From Myxococcota bacterium (lineage in GTDB: Bacteria; Myxococcota; XYA12-FULL-58-9; JABJBS01), in NCBI GenBank assembly GCA_036339465.1, contig JAYZAY010000033.1:32001-96000 (forward strand): 64,000 nt of DNA. The letters run 5' to 3'. This document shows, one piece after another, positions 10,343 to 19,843 of this stretch. Under the pieces are notes generated by a model. It was not told the DNA's origin. It saw only the letters and a program-made list of their open reading frames with translations, and made no database searches. Position 1 is the stretch's first letter, and the number at the start of each line of letters is the position of its first letter. The position numbers were made by a program, and so were the translations under genes.

Positions 10343-11661
10343 GCCTCCACTTGTAACCTCATCATCTTAGACTCAATCCGGGAAACCCTCTTTTGGCTCA
10401 AATGCCGCTCTTCCAAAGGCGGCGACAATCTTGCGTAGTGCAGAGCTTTGGTAAGGTCTTTGAGTTGATGCTCATAGATTTTAGCCAACACGAGATGGGC
10501 TTCGTTTAAGGGTGCTGAATCGAAGGCCCCATCATCCTTTGCCAAAATCATCTCCAAACAATCGGCCGCGTCGCGGTAGAGTTTTTGTCGACGATACATC
10601 TGCGCCAAAAGCAACGCGCCCTGGAGAGCCACATTCGCCGCGTCAGAACACGCACAAACTTCCTTCGCCCTTTCAATGGCATCCGTATCCCAACTCAAAC
10701 GTCGGTTAAGTTTCGCAACTGCCAACCACACCCTTGCGTCGTCATGGGATTGCGGCTTGTGGGTGTAAAGCCCACTGGCATTCATGAGTGCTGCCATGGC
10801 CAAAAGGTCCCAGAGATTATGTTTCGCTATCTGATGTATTTTCTTCGTTTCACCACTTCGCAGAAACTCGAAATAGGCCTCGGGGATTTCTGCCCCTGGA
10901 ATATCGTCCTCGCGAATAAAACCCAATATATCACGTTCGAGGGTCGTTAATCTCCCGTCGGTCGTAATACCACCAAAAATACGCCGGCAACCATGCAGAA
11001 GGTCCAGGTGCAACCCCGGCTCCCTAAGCTTGACCCGCCCCAACACGCACCGGCTGCGAATGAGAGGCAAATCATAACTCTTACCATTGAAGGTAATAAG
11101 TGCATCCGCTGCTTCTATTTTCTCGGCCACATATCGAAGAATAGGTTTTTCTTGACCTGGCTGTCGTAAAATCAATTGCTCCGTATTAAAAGTCCCACCT
11201 TGAAAATAACCAAGACCAATCATAAAAGGAATTGTTCCTGTTCCACCTGCCAACCCCGTTGTTTCAGTATCTAGAAATAAAACATTCGGACCAATATTTT
11301 CCCCAAGGTCGGCGCCATTCAAGAAATTTCCAAGTTTGGGATAATCCCGCCAGAGACTATCTACCATAAAATCCCCATGACTGGCTTTCCCATGGAAAGT
11401 CTCCCGAACAATCTGGATTTTACTCTGACCGAAGTTCTCTTCAACCCCCGGTAAATCAACGCGTTCGATATCGGCGATAAGAGATGAATCTTCATTTCTC
11501 TTTCCGCGCCCTAAGCCCCGTAATCGCCCTCGAAACTGAGCCAACTTCACCCCATCCAAAGCCCCCCCAGACGACTTGGCGGAAATGGTCTTTGGGGCTT
11601 CATCCTCTTGCCGCCCCCCACTTCCATTCAAACGCGCTAAACGCCGTTTAATGTGCGACAT
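10339..11661 (-). CDS. YprB/MrfB-like RNase H-fold (DEDD) exonuclease with C-terminal TPR-like helices
   Basis: FLDTETTGLAGGTG, TFNGKSYD, HLDLLH and HNLWDL. GAGG precedes ATG 11661, and the gene is coupled to the DUF1998 helicase. Confidence 0.9.
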   Translation of the reverse strand: MSHIKRRLARLNGSGGRQEDEAPKTISAKSSGGALDGVKLAQFRGRLRGLGRGKRNEDSSLIADIERVDLPGVEENFGQSKIQIVRETFHGKASHGDFMVDSLWRDYPKLGNFLNGADLGENIGPNVLFLDTETTGLAGGTGTIPFMIGLGYFQGGTFNTEQLILRQPGQEKPILRYVAEKIEAADALITFNGKSYDLPLIRSRCVLGRVKLREPGLHLDLLHGCRRIFGGITTDGRLTTLERDILGFIREDDIPGAEIPEAYFEFLRSGETKKIHQIAKHNLWDLLAMAALMNASGLYTHKPQSHDDARVWLAVAKLNRRLSWDTDAIERAKEVCACSDAANVALQGALLLAQMYRRQKLYRDAADCLEMILAKDDGAFDSAPLNEAHLVLAKIYEHQLKDLTKALHYARLSPPLEERHLSQKRVSRIESKMMRLQVEA

Positions 11662-14107
11662 CGTCAATAACCTCGGAAGGATGATTGGAAAGCCATGAAC
11701 CAATTCTTAAACTCAAAGATTTTCGACTCCCAAAGTTCTGGGTTTCCTGAGATATTTGGTCGTCCCCAATGCTCGGTCCAATACAAGCCGGACAGCCATG
11801 GCGACATGTACAGCGTTCAATGAGCAAGTATGCCCCCTTTACCAGTCCGTCACGTTCATCAAAAATGCGTGGCGCCAAGCCCACCCCACCCGGAATTTTG
11901 TCGTAGATAAAAACAGTCGGCGCATAAAGAGAATGACCCTCATCCAAAGTTTCTTCACCGGTTTGAGGATCTTTAACCGTATGGCCCAGATCCTTGGGAT
12001 CGGTCATCAGGCCCACCGCCGACACCGTATGTAAAGCCTTCGCAAAACCTCGAAGCGCATCCACCACCACCGGCCGAGGAGCATCGAGTTGGGTCACCAT
12101 TTCATTGGGAATCGTGAGCCAAAAGCTGGTGGTGTGCATCTGCATATCCGGTAATCGGACATCGCCGTAACCCACATTTTCATGGGTATTGTACTTAATT
12201 TTCTTATACCCAACTATTTTTTCCGTAAGATTAACCTCGCCCAATCCAATTTGTGCATTGATACCAATGGAAGTCGGCAACACTTCGCCTTCATCCTGGT
12301 CCAACACAGCAACCCTGACATAGGTCATCGCATCGGTATAATAATCGGGTTTCACCTTGCGCACAAAAGCCTTATGGTTATCAAAATCCAATTTCTCAAC
12401 CTGAAACTGTTCACCCATATGTTGGTAGATCGCTTGTTCATGAAGCATTGTATGGGTGGAGCGCCAATCCATTTCCGCAATGGTTTTTTCGTTCTCCTGA
12501 TCAATAATCACAAAATTATCCCAGCTAACACTCCTTAGAGAAACATGGTTGGCGGGATAAGCATCGGCCGCCCAATGGTACATGGTGACACCATCCTCTG
12601 ATTCAGATCTATAAAGCAATTTGTTTTCAACCAAATACTCCAGACCATCCACCAATCCCTCAGGGGGAACATCCCCAAAAGTGTGCCCAACCTCAAAGGG
12701 CAATTCAAAGGCAGCACATTTTAGATGCTGTATAAAAATTTCGATATTATCGGGGTCAATCCTAGCATGCTCCGTGCCCGATTCGACCAAGGCCTCAGGA
12801 AAATGTGCGAAAAACTGGTCCACGGGTGAACTATTGGTCACCAAGACCGCCAAACTTAAATCGCGACGGCGCCCCGCCCGACCAAAACGCTGCCAAACAC
12901 TCGCAATAGACCCGGGGTATCCTGCGCATACCACTGCATCCAAAGAACCAATATCGATACCGAGTTCAAGAGCGTTGGTCGCAACCACACATTTAATTCT
13001 CCCCTCCCTTAAGTTCTTTTCGATTTCGCGACGCTTGCCCGGCAAATAGCCTCCCCGGTAGGCATGAATCTGTTCTGGTGAAATCTTATCCCTCGCCAAT
13101 CGCTCGCGAAGATATTTCAACATCACTTCCACCCCATTACGACTTTGTCCAAATACAATGGTGGAAACATCAGCGCGCACCAAATCCGCCGCGAGTCGGA
13201 CAGCTGCTTTGACACAACTCTCCCGAATACCCAGTTCCGCATTCACCACCGGTGGATTATAAAGTAACACCCGCTTATCTCCGGTTGGCGCCCCACTCTC
13301 CGAGACCAACCGAACCGATTCACCAATCATCTGTCCTGCATGTTCAGCCGGGTTGCCTATGGTCGCAGAGGCGAAAATAAAAGTGGGATCCGCGCCATGA
13401 AAATTCGCAATTCGCTTTAATCGTCGGAGTACGTTCGCAAGGTGGGAACCAAAAACCCCACGATAGATATGAAGTTCATCGACAACCACATATTTAAGTT
13501 CCGAAAAGAGTCGCGCCCAGGATGCATGGTGAGGTAAAATGCCTGTGTGAAGCATATCCGGATTAGTAAGCACCACCCCGCCTCTATTCCGAGCCGCTCT
13601 ACGTGCATCCGCTGGCGTATCGCCGTCATAGGTAACGGCCCCAGCATGGATGCCACAATCCTGCATCAATCCACGTAAGTTCTCCTCTTGGTCCCGAGAT
13701 AAAGCTTTGGTTGGAAAGAGATAAAGCGCTCGGGTGGATGGTGCCTCGCTCAAGGCCTGAAGAACCGGCAAGTTATAGCACAAACTCTTCCCCGAAGCCG
13801 TAGGGGTAGCAATGACCAAATGCTCTCCCTTCATGGCGTAGTCGACAGCCTGCGCTTGATGAGAATAGAGTGATGGTATCTCCTTTGCCCCTAGTGCCTT
13901 GTGAATCGTCGCCGACAGATGCGAAGGCAATGGAAGAGATTGGCCCTCAGCTGCGCCCACACGATGGTCAAAAACAAGATTATTCGAAATCCTTCCTGTC
14001 CCTAGCCATTTCTGTAAAACTGCGGCGACCCCGGTCATTTTCTTCCAGGGCTCGCGGCGGTCTGGGGAAGATTGAGCGAACTCGCTCCTTTGATTTGAGT
14101 TAAGCAT
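11648..14107 (-). CDS. DEAH-box helicase with DUF1998 (YprA/MrfA/Hrq1 family)
   Basis: LYSHQ, PTASGKS, DELH, SAT, ATNALELGIDIG, QRFGRAGR and a C-terminal CTCRHGCPAC. GGAGG precedes ATG 14107. Confidence 0.95.
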   Translation of the reverse strand: MLNSNQRSEFAQSSPDRREPWKKMTGVAAVLQKWLGTGRISNNLVFDHRVGAAEGQSLPLPSHLSATIHKALGAKEIPSLYSHQAQAVDYAMKGEHLVIATPTASGKSLCYNLPVLQALSEAPSTRALYLFPTKALSRDQEENLRGLMQDCGIHAGAVTYDGDTPADARRAARNRGGVVLTNPDMLHTGILPHHASWARLFSELKYVVVDELHIYRGVFGSHLANVLRRLKRIANFHGADPTFIFASATIGNPAEHAGQMIGESVRLVSESGAPTGDKRVLLYNPPVVNAELGIRESCVKAAVRLAADLVRADVSTIVFGQSRNGVEVMLKYLRERLARDKISPEQIHAYRGGYLPGKRREIEKNLREGRIKCVVATNALELGIDIGSLDAVVCAGYPGSIASVWQRFGRAGRRRDLSLAVLVTNSSPVDQFFAHFPEALVESGTEHARIDPDNIEIFIQHLKCAAFELPFEVGHTFGDVPPEGLVDGLEYLVENKLLYRSESEDGVTMYHWAADAYPANHVSLRSVSWDNFVIIDQENEKTIAEMDWRSTHTMLHEQAIYQHMGEQFQVEKLDFDNHKAFVRKVKPDYYTDAMTYVRVAVLDQDEGEVLPTSIGINAQIGLGEVNLTEKIVGYKKIKYNTHENVGYGDVRLPDMQMHTTSFWLTIPNEMVTQLDAPRPVVVDALRGFAKALHTVSAVGLMTDPKDLGHTVKDPQTGEETLDEGHSLYAPTVFIYDKIPGGVGLAPRIFDERDGLVKGAYLLIERCTCRHGCPACIGPSIGDDQISQETQNFGSRKSLSLRIGSWLSNHPSEVIDDVAH

Positions 14108-14120
14108 GGTCCCTCCGACA

Positions 14121-14136
14121 CTGTACAAATGTGCAT
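14121..14136. promoter_or_regulatory. Possible LexA (SOS) box upstream of the helicase operon
   Basis: Imperfect palindrome CTGTAC-AAAT-GTGCAT resembling GAAC-N4-GTTC-type LexA boxes. It lies between a minus-strand TTGACC and the RBS. Confidence 0.45.
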
Positions 14137-14255
14137 ATAATAACAAAACGGTCAAGCTTTCGGGACTGGTAAGCTTCTCCCCCCCTGAAACCTTCGGACC
14201 GAAAATCTAATATTGAAGGTGAGAGGAGAAAAAATGACCGGGCTTAACCACCAAA

Positions 14256-14290
14256 GTGGCGAATTACGACGCCACCATTTTAAAATGGCG
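14256..14290. promoter_or_regulatory. Candidate enhancer-binding-protein UAS palindromes
   Basis: GTGGCG-N8-CGCCAC overlapping CCATTTTAAAATGG, about 150-180 bp upstream of the sigma54 promoter at 14436. Confidence 0.45.
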
Positions 14291-14435
14291 GGGCCACTCA
14301 CAAAGAACAATTCCATGTTTGGGGCCAAAAGAGCTGGCTCCGCCCTTCAAGCCAAAGAAACGCGATCATCGATTCATAATTCCAAAAGTTGCGCAACACG
14401 ACACCAAATCGATTTTTAAAAGATCTAATTCACGA

Positions 14436-14451
14436 TGGCATGCAACTTGCT
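14436..14451 (+). promoter_or_regulatory. Sigma54 -24/-12 promoter
   Basis: TGGCATGCAACTTGCT, with GG and GC at exact consensus spacing. Confidence 0.75.
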
Positions 14452-14461
14452 ACATAACAAA

Positions 14462-14695
14462 GGGTGACCCACCACCCACCAATGAGACTGCGAAAGTAGA
14501 TAGGTGGCGGCGAGTGCACAACCAACAAAAAGCGAGTTTAATTTGGCTCGCAGGAAGCTGATAAAATAGTAGATCTTCCCCTAGATCTCTCCGACGGGCC
14601 CGTCCCCCTTTTCCCCTTAGGGCCCTAGGAAAATTTCAGCTTTGTAAGTCTCCCCCGGACTTCCCTGCGAGCCATCCCCGCTCTTTTCCCCTAAA
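14462..14695 (+). ncRNA. Putative sigma54-dependent structured sRNA with repeated UCCCC motifs
   Basis: No credible ORF downstream of the promoter. Contains a GAAA-tetraloop hairpin, a long-range stem 14544-14557/14660-14674, nested hairpins and six TCCCC motifs. Ends are approximate. Confidence 0.55.
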
Positions 14696-15269
14696 TTTTA
14701 TCCCACACAGCTTAAAAAGAGGTAAAAAGCCTCGGCCACTTCAGCGGACAATGGATTCCCAAGCACGCCGACTTGCACGGTTCAAACGATGCATAACCAC
14801 CAGCAACATCAACCACCCTTTCCCAGGCAATACCATAGACGATATTGTCGACCAAATCCCCTCAGGTCCTTTGGGACACCCATGAAATCCAATAATGGCT
14901 CGTTGGTGAGCAAAACCTGCGCCAAACAAAAAGCATTCCACTACTTTTGGGACCTCAAAACAGAGAGACGGCTGGATCCGTATGATTCAAGTACATGTCA
15001 TGGCGCATAAGTATGGCCTCCCATGGGAGAAAAATAAAAATCCCCTGTCAATTGATGTCCACTCACGTATTCAAAAACCTCAAGCCTAAATTCTATAACC
15101 CCCAATGGATAGGCCGAGCATTCACTTTTTTCAAAGGTGGCTGCGGAGACTACTTCTTCGTGGATTGTCACCTTGACCAAAATCACAAAGCCAAAGTATC
15201 GGCAACCTGAGACATTCACCCATGGAAGCTGGAATGCCCCATTTCGACGTGCTAACTGGAGAGTGAACT

Positions 15270-16604
15270 ATGAAAACTGAAGCTTTCGCAGTGCCCTTAG
15301 GCCCAAAACTCGAATCTGTCATCGCCACAATTCAACGCATGGGTGCGCAACCCATTCTCGTAGGTGGTTTCGTACGTGACTGGCTCCTAAACCGTCCATC
15401 CAAAGACTACGACTTTGAAATTCATGGTATGAGCCTCGCAAAACTCGAAGAAATACTTGGCCAATTCGGAGAGGTGCTAAGAGTGGGCAAAGCCTTTGGC
15501 GTTCTACGTGTCAGAGGATTCGACGTCGATTTTTCCCTCCCCCGTAAAGATAATAAGGTGGGAGCCGGGCATCGTGGATTCGAAATCGAAGTAGACCCCT
15601 TTCTACCATTCAAAGAAGCCGCGAAGCGCCGCGACCTTACCATCAACAGTATTGGGCTCAATCCCATTACCGGAAAACTCTACGACCCATACAACGGGCA
15701 AGAGGACATCAAGGCCCGCATTCTTCGACCAACCGACCCCCAACACTTCTCTGAAGACCCCCTTCGGGGCATACGAGCCGCCCAATTTGCCGCACGTTTG
15801 AATATGAATGCCCACCCAGATCTGATCAGTGTCTGCCAATCACTCGACCTTTCCGAACTTCCCTCTGAAAGAATTTGGACCGAACTCGAAAAACTGTTCC
15901 TAAAAGGAGAAACGCCGTCCCTCGGGTATCAGCTCCTTAAAGACACCGGTCTATTCAAGTTTTTCCCACGTCTTGGTACCGTACTCACATCCATGACCGA
16001 ACAAGAATGGACCCATTGGCTAGCCAAACAGGATCGCGCCATCAAGTTTCGCCCCAAAGACCCAACACACGCTATGGCATGGATGCTGTGGGCCATGATT
16101 CTACCTCTCCAATCCCAGGAAAGCCATGATTCCACCCTAAGCGCTCCACTCAGAGTTGAACACTGGGGTGGAGAGGCGCTTGAAGAGCTCCTGCAGCGAC
16201 TCAGGCCTCCAAAAGTGGTTCAAATTAAAGCGAAATTGTTCGGATATCTCTGCGAATTTGTGGGGCATCTCTCACCCAATAACAGTGCCGTTCCCGCGCT
16301 CAGACGGTGCACCCGAATCGCCGGGGAACACGGTCATACCTTTCAGCAAATCCTCGATGCCCGGCACATCCAGTCTCCCAATAGCAGTGAAACGCTCAAA
16401 GGATTGGGTCAGTGGGCCCAAACACATCAGCTTTTGCATCATTACGAGCCCGCCATTATTACTGGCCAGCATCTGATGAAAAAAGGTTTAAAACCAGGTA
16501 AACACTTTGCTCACTGGCTGGATAAATGCCTCCAATACCAAGACAGAACGGGCGAGAAGGATCCTGAAAAAATTCTTGGTGCCGTATTAACTTCCAACGA
16601 TTGA
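15270..16604 (+). CDS. cca: Class II tRNA nucleotidyltransferase (CCA-adding enzyme family)
   Basis: VGGFVRD, DYD, RRDLTINS, EDPLR and ERIWTE motifs. Confidence 0.9.
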   Translation: MKTEAFAVPLGPKLESVIATIQRMGAQPILVGGFVRDWLLNRPSKDYDFEIHGMSLAKLEEILGQFGEVLRVGKAFGVLRVRGFDVDFSLPRKDNKVGAGHRGFEIEVDPFLPFKEAAKRRDLTINSIGLNPITGKLYDPYNGQEDIKARILRPTDPQHFSEDPLRGIRAAQFAARLNMNAHPDLISVCQSLDLSELPSERIWTELEKLFLKGETPSLGYQLLKDTGLFKFFPRLGTVLTSMTEQEWTHWLAKQDRAIKFRPKDPTHAMAWMLWAMILPLQSQESHDSTLSAPLRVEHWGGEALEELLQRLRPPKVVQIKAKLFGYLCEFVGHLSPNNSAVPALRRCTRIAGEHGHTFQQILDARHIQSPNSSETLKGLGQWAQTHQLLHHYEPAIITGQHLMKKGLKPGKHFAHWLDKCLQYQDRTGEKDPEKILGAVLTSND

Positions 16605-16626
16605 CCCATCCCGAGAGTATGCTACA

Positions 16627-16780
16627 GGGACGCGCGGATCGGTGGGGCAGGACAAAGCCGTCCCTGCGGGCAAGGTAAGCGCCCACAAAGGGAAGATCAC
16701 CGGTATGACCGAGTGTAAAGCGCAGTCGACCCGGGCCTTGTACGCGACGTGCTAGAAACGACCCACTTGTGGATCTCCCC
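16627..16780 (+). ncRNA. Candidate structured ncRNA (long irregular hairpin, possibly 6S-like)
   Basis: GC-rich intergenic segment with nested pairings GATC/GATC, GTGGG/CCCAC, CGTC..GCGGGCAAGG/CCTTGTACGCGACG and GCGC/GCGC closing two hairpins. TTGACC...TGcTACAGG lies just upstream. Confidence 0.5.
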
Positions 16781-16826
16781 AGGATTTCCCCCAGAAAATA
16801 GAACACATCTATGATAGGCTACAAGA

Positions 16827-17729
16827 ATGTCCGACTCCTTTCATCGAGCCCTGCTCCAAGATGATTCCATCGTAATCGGAATTACGATCACCACCCAACT
16901 CTGCCGCGACGTTCAGCGCCTCCATGAACTTAGTAACGGCTCCAGCTTAGCCCTTGGAAGATTACTCACCGCCTCCGCCCTCACCGGACTCATCCAAGAA
17001 AATCCAGGTACACTTAGTTTTCAAGTCGTTGGCTCAGGTAAATTTGGACAAATCTATGCCGACATCAATGATGAGGGAAAAATTAGAGGCTACATCAAAA
17101 ACACAGGTGTCCAACTTCCGGGTGCCGTAAAAACGATTGAGACCAAACGCCATTCCCTATCAAGCTTGGTAGGACAAGGTTGCATCTCAGTCATTCGAAT
17201 TGGTGAAAATAATCAGGTAACTCAAAGCACAACCCCCATCACCGCGGGCGAAATTGACCAAGATATACAAACCTTCATCGAACAAAGTGACCAAGTGCCC
17301 ACCTGCCTTGCGTGCGAAACCCTGCTGGATGAAAACGCTTCCGATATTCAAGTTGCGGGTGGGATTATTGTCCAGGCGATGCCCGACACCAAGCAAGACC
17401 GTATGGAGGAGATCAGGACGTTACTTGAAAATGGAAAATTTTCGAACCTACTCAGTAAATTTAATGGTGATTGGAAAGAAATACTGAATGAGATCGCTCC
17501 GGAATCGAAAGTTCTATCGGAATCAAAACACGTACAATGGCAGTGCAGATGTTCCTATGAACGCTGCAAAAACGCTCTCCGAATGCTCAACACCATTGAA
17601 CTCGCGGATATGGTCTCAAAACACGAAACACCAAACATAACCTGTGACTTTTGCGGACGACACTATACTTTAGAACTGTCCGATATTGAACAGATCTACG
17701 GTGAAACTCTCCAATCTACCGACACCTAG
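16827..17729 (+). CDS. hslO: Hsp33 redox-regulated chaperone
   Basis: LALGRLLTASAL, GEIDQDIQTFIEQSDQ, AGGIIVQAMP and the C-terminal CRCS...CDFC Zn centre. Confidence 0.93.
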   Translation: MSDSFHRALLQDDSIVIGITITTQLCRDVQRLHELSNGSSLALGRLLTASALTGLIQENPGTLSFQVVGSGKFGQIYADINDEGKIRGYIKNTGVQLPGAVKTIETKRHSLSSLVGQGCISVIRIGENNQVTQSTTPITAGEIDQDIQTFIEQSDQVPTCLACETLLDENASDIQVAGGIIVQAMPDTKQDRMEEIRTLLENGKFSNLLSKFNGDWKEILNEIAPESKVLSESKHVQWQCRCSYERCKNALRMLNTIELADMVSKHETPNITCDFCGRHYTLELSDIEQIYGETLQSTDT

Positions 17730-17873
17730 AAAACACCTTCATCCATAAAACACGTAAATCCGAGATCTCCATTGGGGAAAATCCCCCTGTATGCATTTCG
17801 GCATTGAGAGAAAGCCTCACTATCTGCGCCGCGTTTTCAAATAAGCGTCGAACCTTGTCAGCGACTCCCCTAC

Positions 17874-18629
17874 TTACGAACCATCAACTCTAACCCAAAC
17901 CTCCTCATAAATTGTGGCCACGGTTGCAGGCCAAATCCTGGCCCGTAAAAGATTTCCCATGGCCCTAAAAATTCCCTCCAAACGGCCAGGCGACGGATTT
18001 AACCACAAAAGCGGCTCATACTCTCCAAGAAGCCAAGCCGTGGCTCGGATCATCCCTACCAATGACAAGCACCTCGATGAATGACCATCCAATTCAAATT
18101 CACAACCCAGATAGGTGTTTTCATCATCCCCAAATGCCAAGAGACAACGACTGCCCAATTCCCAGTGAACCTCCAGAGGCATCCGCCGGCCCCAGACCAA
18201 CCGGATGCTCCCCTCGACAAACCCTACACCGTCAATGACACTCAATCTATCATCTCGCCAATGGACTCTGAAGACTTCTCGAGTTGATACTCCTCCCCAT
18301 TGCCGACTCTTCACCAACACCACATCTCCATCCTCGGGCTCTAAGGTCCAAGTCTCCTCCCAGCGCCCATATTTCCAATAGAGTTTCTGAAGCTCTCCTA
18401 TAGCCGAGAACTCAATCATGGTGCGCCCGTGATAACTTTCGCGACCATGCCCAAGAGTGTCCTCAGTTTCGCTCTCCAATTGGGCCACCAAGAATATGAT
18501 ACATCCAAAAACCATGGTCATCTGCTTTCTCCCGCATCCTAAGGACACGGCTAGTGCAATCAGTATACCAAGTAAAAACCGCCACAAACACGGGTCAATG
18601 TCCTCGCCTACACCGAAAGGATGTGCCAA
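17874..18629 (-). CDS. Hypothetical protein (start uncertain)
   Basis: The only long ORF in a 1.1-kb gap. No recognisable motif. Confidence 0.4.
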   Translation of the reverse strand: MAHPFGVGEDIDPCLWRFLLGILIALAVSLGCGRKQMTMVFGCIIFLVAQLESETEDTLGHGRESYHGRTMIEFSAIGELQKLYWKYGRWEETWTLEPEDGDVVLVKSRQWGGVSTREVFRVHWRDDRLSVIDGVGFVEGSIRLVWGRRMPLEVHWELGSRCLLAFGDDENTYLGCEFELDGHSSRCLSLVGMIRATAWLLGEYEPLLWLNPSPGRLEGIFRAMGNLLRARIWPATVATIYEEVWVRVDGS

Positions 18630-18843
18630 AATGCAACAGCGTGGTTCATATCAAAGCATCGAATACCCCACCGGTATAAGCTTACTCAAACTCAATTGTT
18701 TGATTCGTCCACGTCAGCCTTGCCCCCCTTTTCTAAGGAGACAAAAACGACCCCACTGTGCCGGCGGCATGATCCGGAGCAAACCAGTCGGCCAGGGGAG
18801 GGATAAACGCCGGGGATGAGATACGACACTTCCATAGACACCA

Positions 18844-18871
18844 TTGACATTCACGTCTGAAGAGTTAAGAC
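18844..18871 (+). promoter_or_regulatory. Sigma70-like promoter of menB
   Basis: TTGACA-N16-TAAGAC, followed by an AGGAG RBS before ATG 18902. Confidence 0.5.
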
Positions 18872-18901
18872 CGCCCACCATATCTACGACAGGAGTTAGA
18901 A

Positions 18902-19792
18902 ATGACGGTTTCAGAAATATTTGACCCCAATCGTTGGTATGAGGTCCCCGGGTGGGACTTTCAGGATATCACCTATCACCGAGCCAAAGACCAAGGCACG
19001 CTGCGCATCGCCTTCAACCGCCCAGAAGTTCGGAACGCTTTTCGCCCCCAGACCGTGGATGAACTTTACCGTGCCCTAGACCACGCACGTATGCAAACCG
19101 ATGTAGGATCCGTATTGCTCACCGGCAATGGTCCCTCGCCCAAAGACGGTGGATGGGCATTTTGCTCCGGCGGTGATCAACGCATCCGCGGCAAATCCGG
19201 TTATGAATACCATGGTCCCGGCTCAGCGCCTACAAACCTAGGACGACTGCATATTCTCGAAGTCCAACGTTTAATCCGCTTCATGCCCAAAATAGTCATT
19301 GCGGTCGTCCCTGGGTGGGCGGTGGGGGGAGGCCACAGTCTGCACGTTGTTTGCGACATGACCATCGCCAGCAAGGAACACGCCGTATTCAAACAAACCG
19401 ACGCGGACGTCGCGAGTTTCGATGGGGGATATGGCTCGGCTCTCTTGGCTCGGCAAATCGGCCAAAAACGGGCCCGCGAAATCTTCTTCCTGGGGCTGAA
19501 CTATTCGGCACAGGAGGCGTTGGACATGGGGATGGTAAATACCGTGGTTGCCCATGCTGAATTGGAAGAAAAAGCGCTTGAATGGGCGAAACTCTGCAAC
19601 GAAAAGAGCCCAACAGCACAAAGGATGCTCAAATACGCCTTTAACATGATCGATGATGGTCTCGTAGGGCAGCAAATTTTTGCCGGTGAAGCCACACGCC
19701 TCGCATATGGAACCGACGAAGCCCAAGAAGGACGCGACGCATTCCTCGAAAAGCGCCCCCAAGAATACTCAAAAATCCCTTGGTTCTACTAG
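18902..19792 (+). CDS. menB: 1,4-dihydroxy-2-naphthoyl-CoA synthase
   Basis: NRPEVRNAFRP, FCSGGDQR, GWAVGGGHSL, SFDGGYGS and EGRDAFLEKR. Confidence 0.97.
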   Translation: MTVSEIFDPNRWYEVPGWDFQDITYHRAKDQGTLRIAFNRPEVRNAFRPQTVDELYRALDHARMQTDVGSVLLTGNGPSPKDGGWAFCSGGDQRIRGKSGYEYHGPGSAPTNLGRLHILEVQRLIRFMPKIVIAVVPGWAVGGGHSLHVVCDMTIASKEHAVFKQTDADVASFDGGYGSALLARQIGQKRAREIFFLGLNYSAQEALDMGMVNTVVAHAELEEKALEWAKLCNEKSPTAQRMLKYAFNMIDDGLVGQQIFAGEATRLAYGTDEAQEGRDAFLEKRPQEYSKIPWFY

Positions 19793-19843
19793 AAACTTCA
19801 CACTGGCCCAATCGCCCGCTTCGATTACAAACACATTGATGAT

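Noticed and set aside
14234..14419. 61-aa ORF with a strong AGGAG RBS
   Set aside because: No protein-like features. It overlaps the UAS-like palindromes, and the RBS is one arm of an inverted repeat (TTCTCC/GGAGAA).
14544..14674. Inverted repeat as retron msr/msd arms or MITE ends
   Set aside because: No reverse transcriptase or transposase in the window, no target-site duplication, and no second copy seen.
14998..15219. 73-aa minus-strand ORF before cca
   Set aside because: No RBS or motif. It is one of several short overlapping frames.
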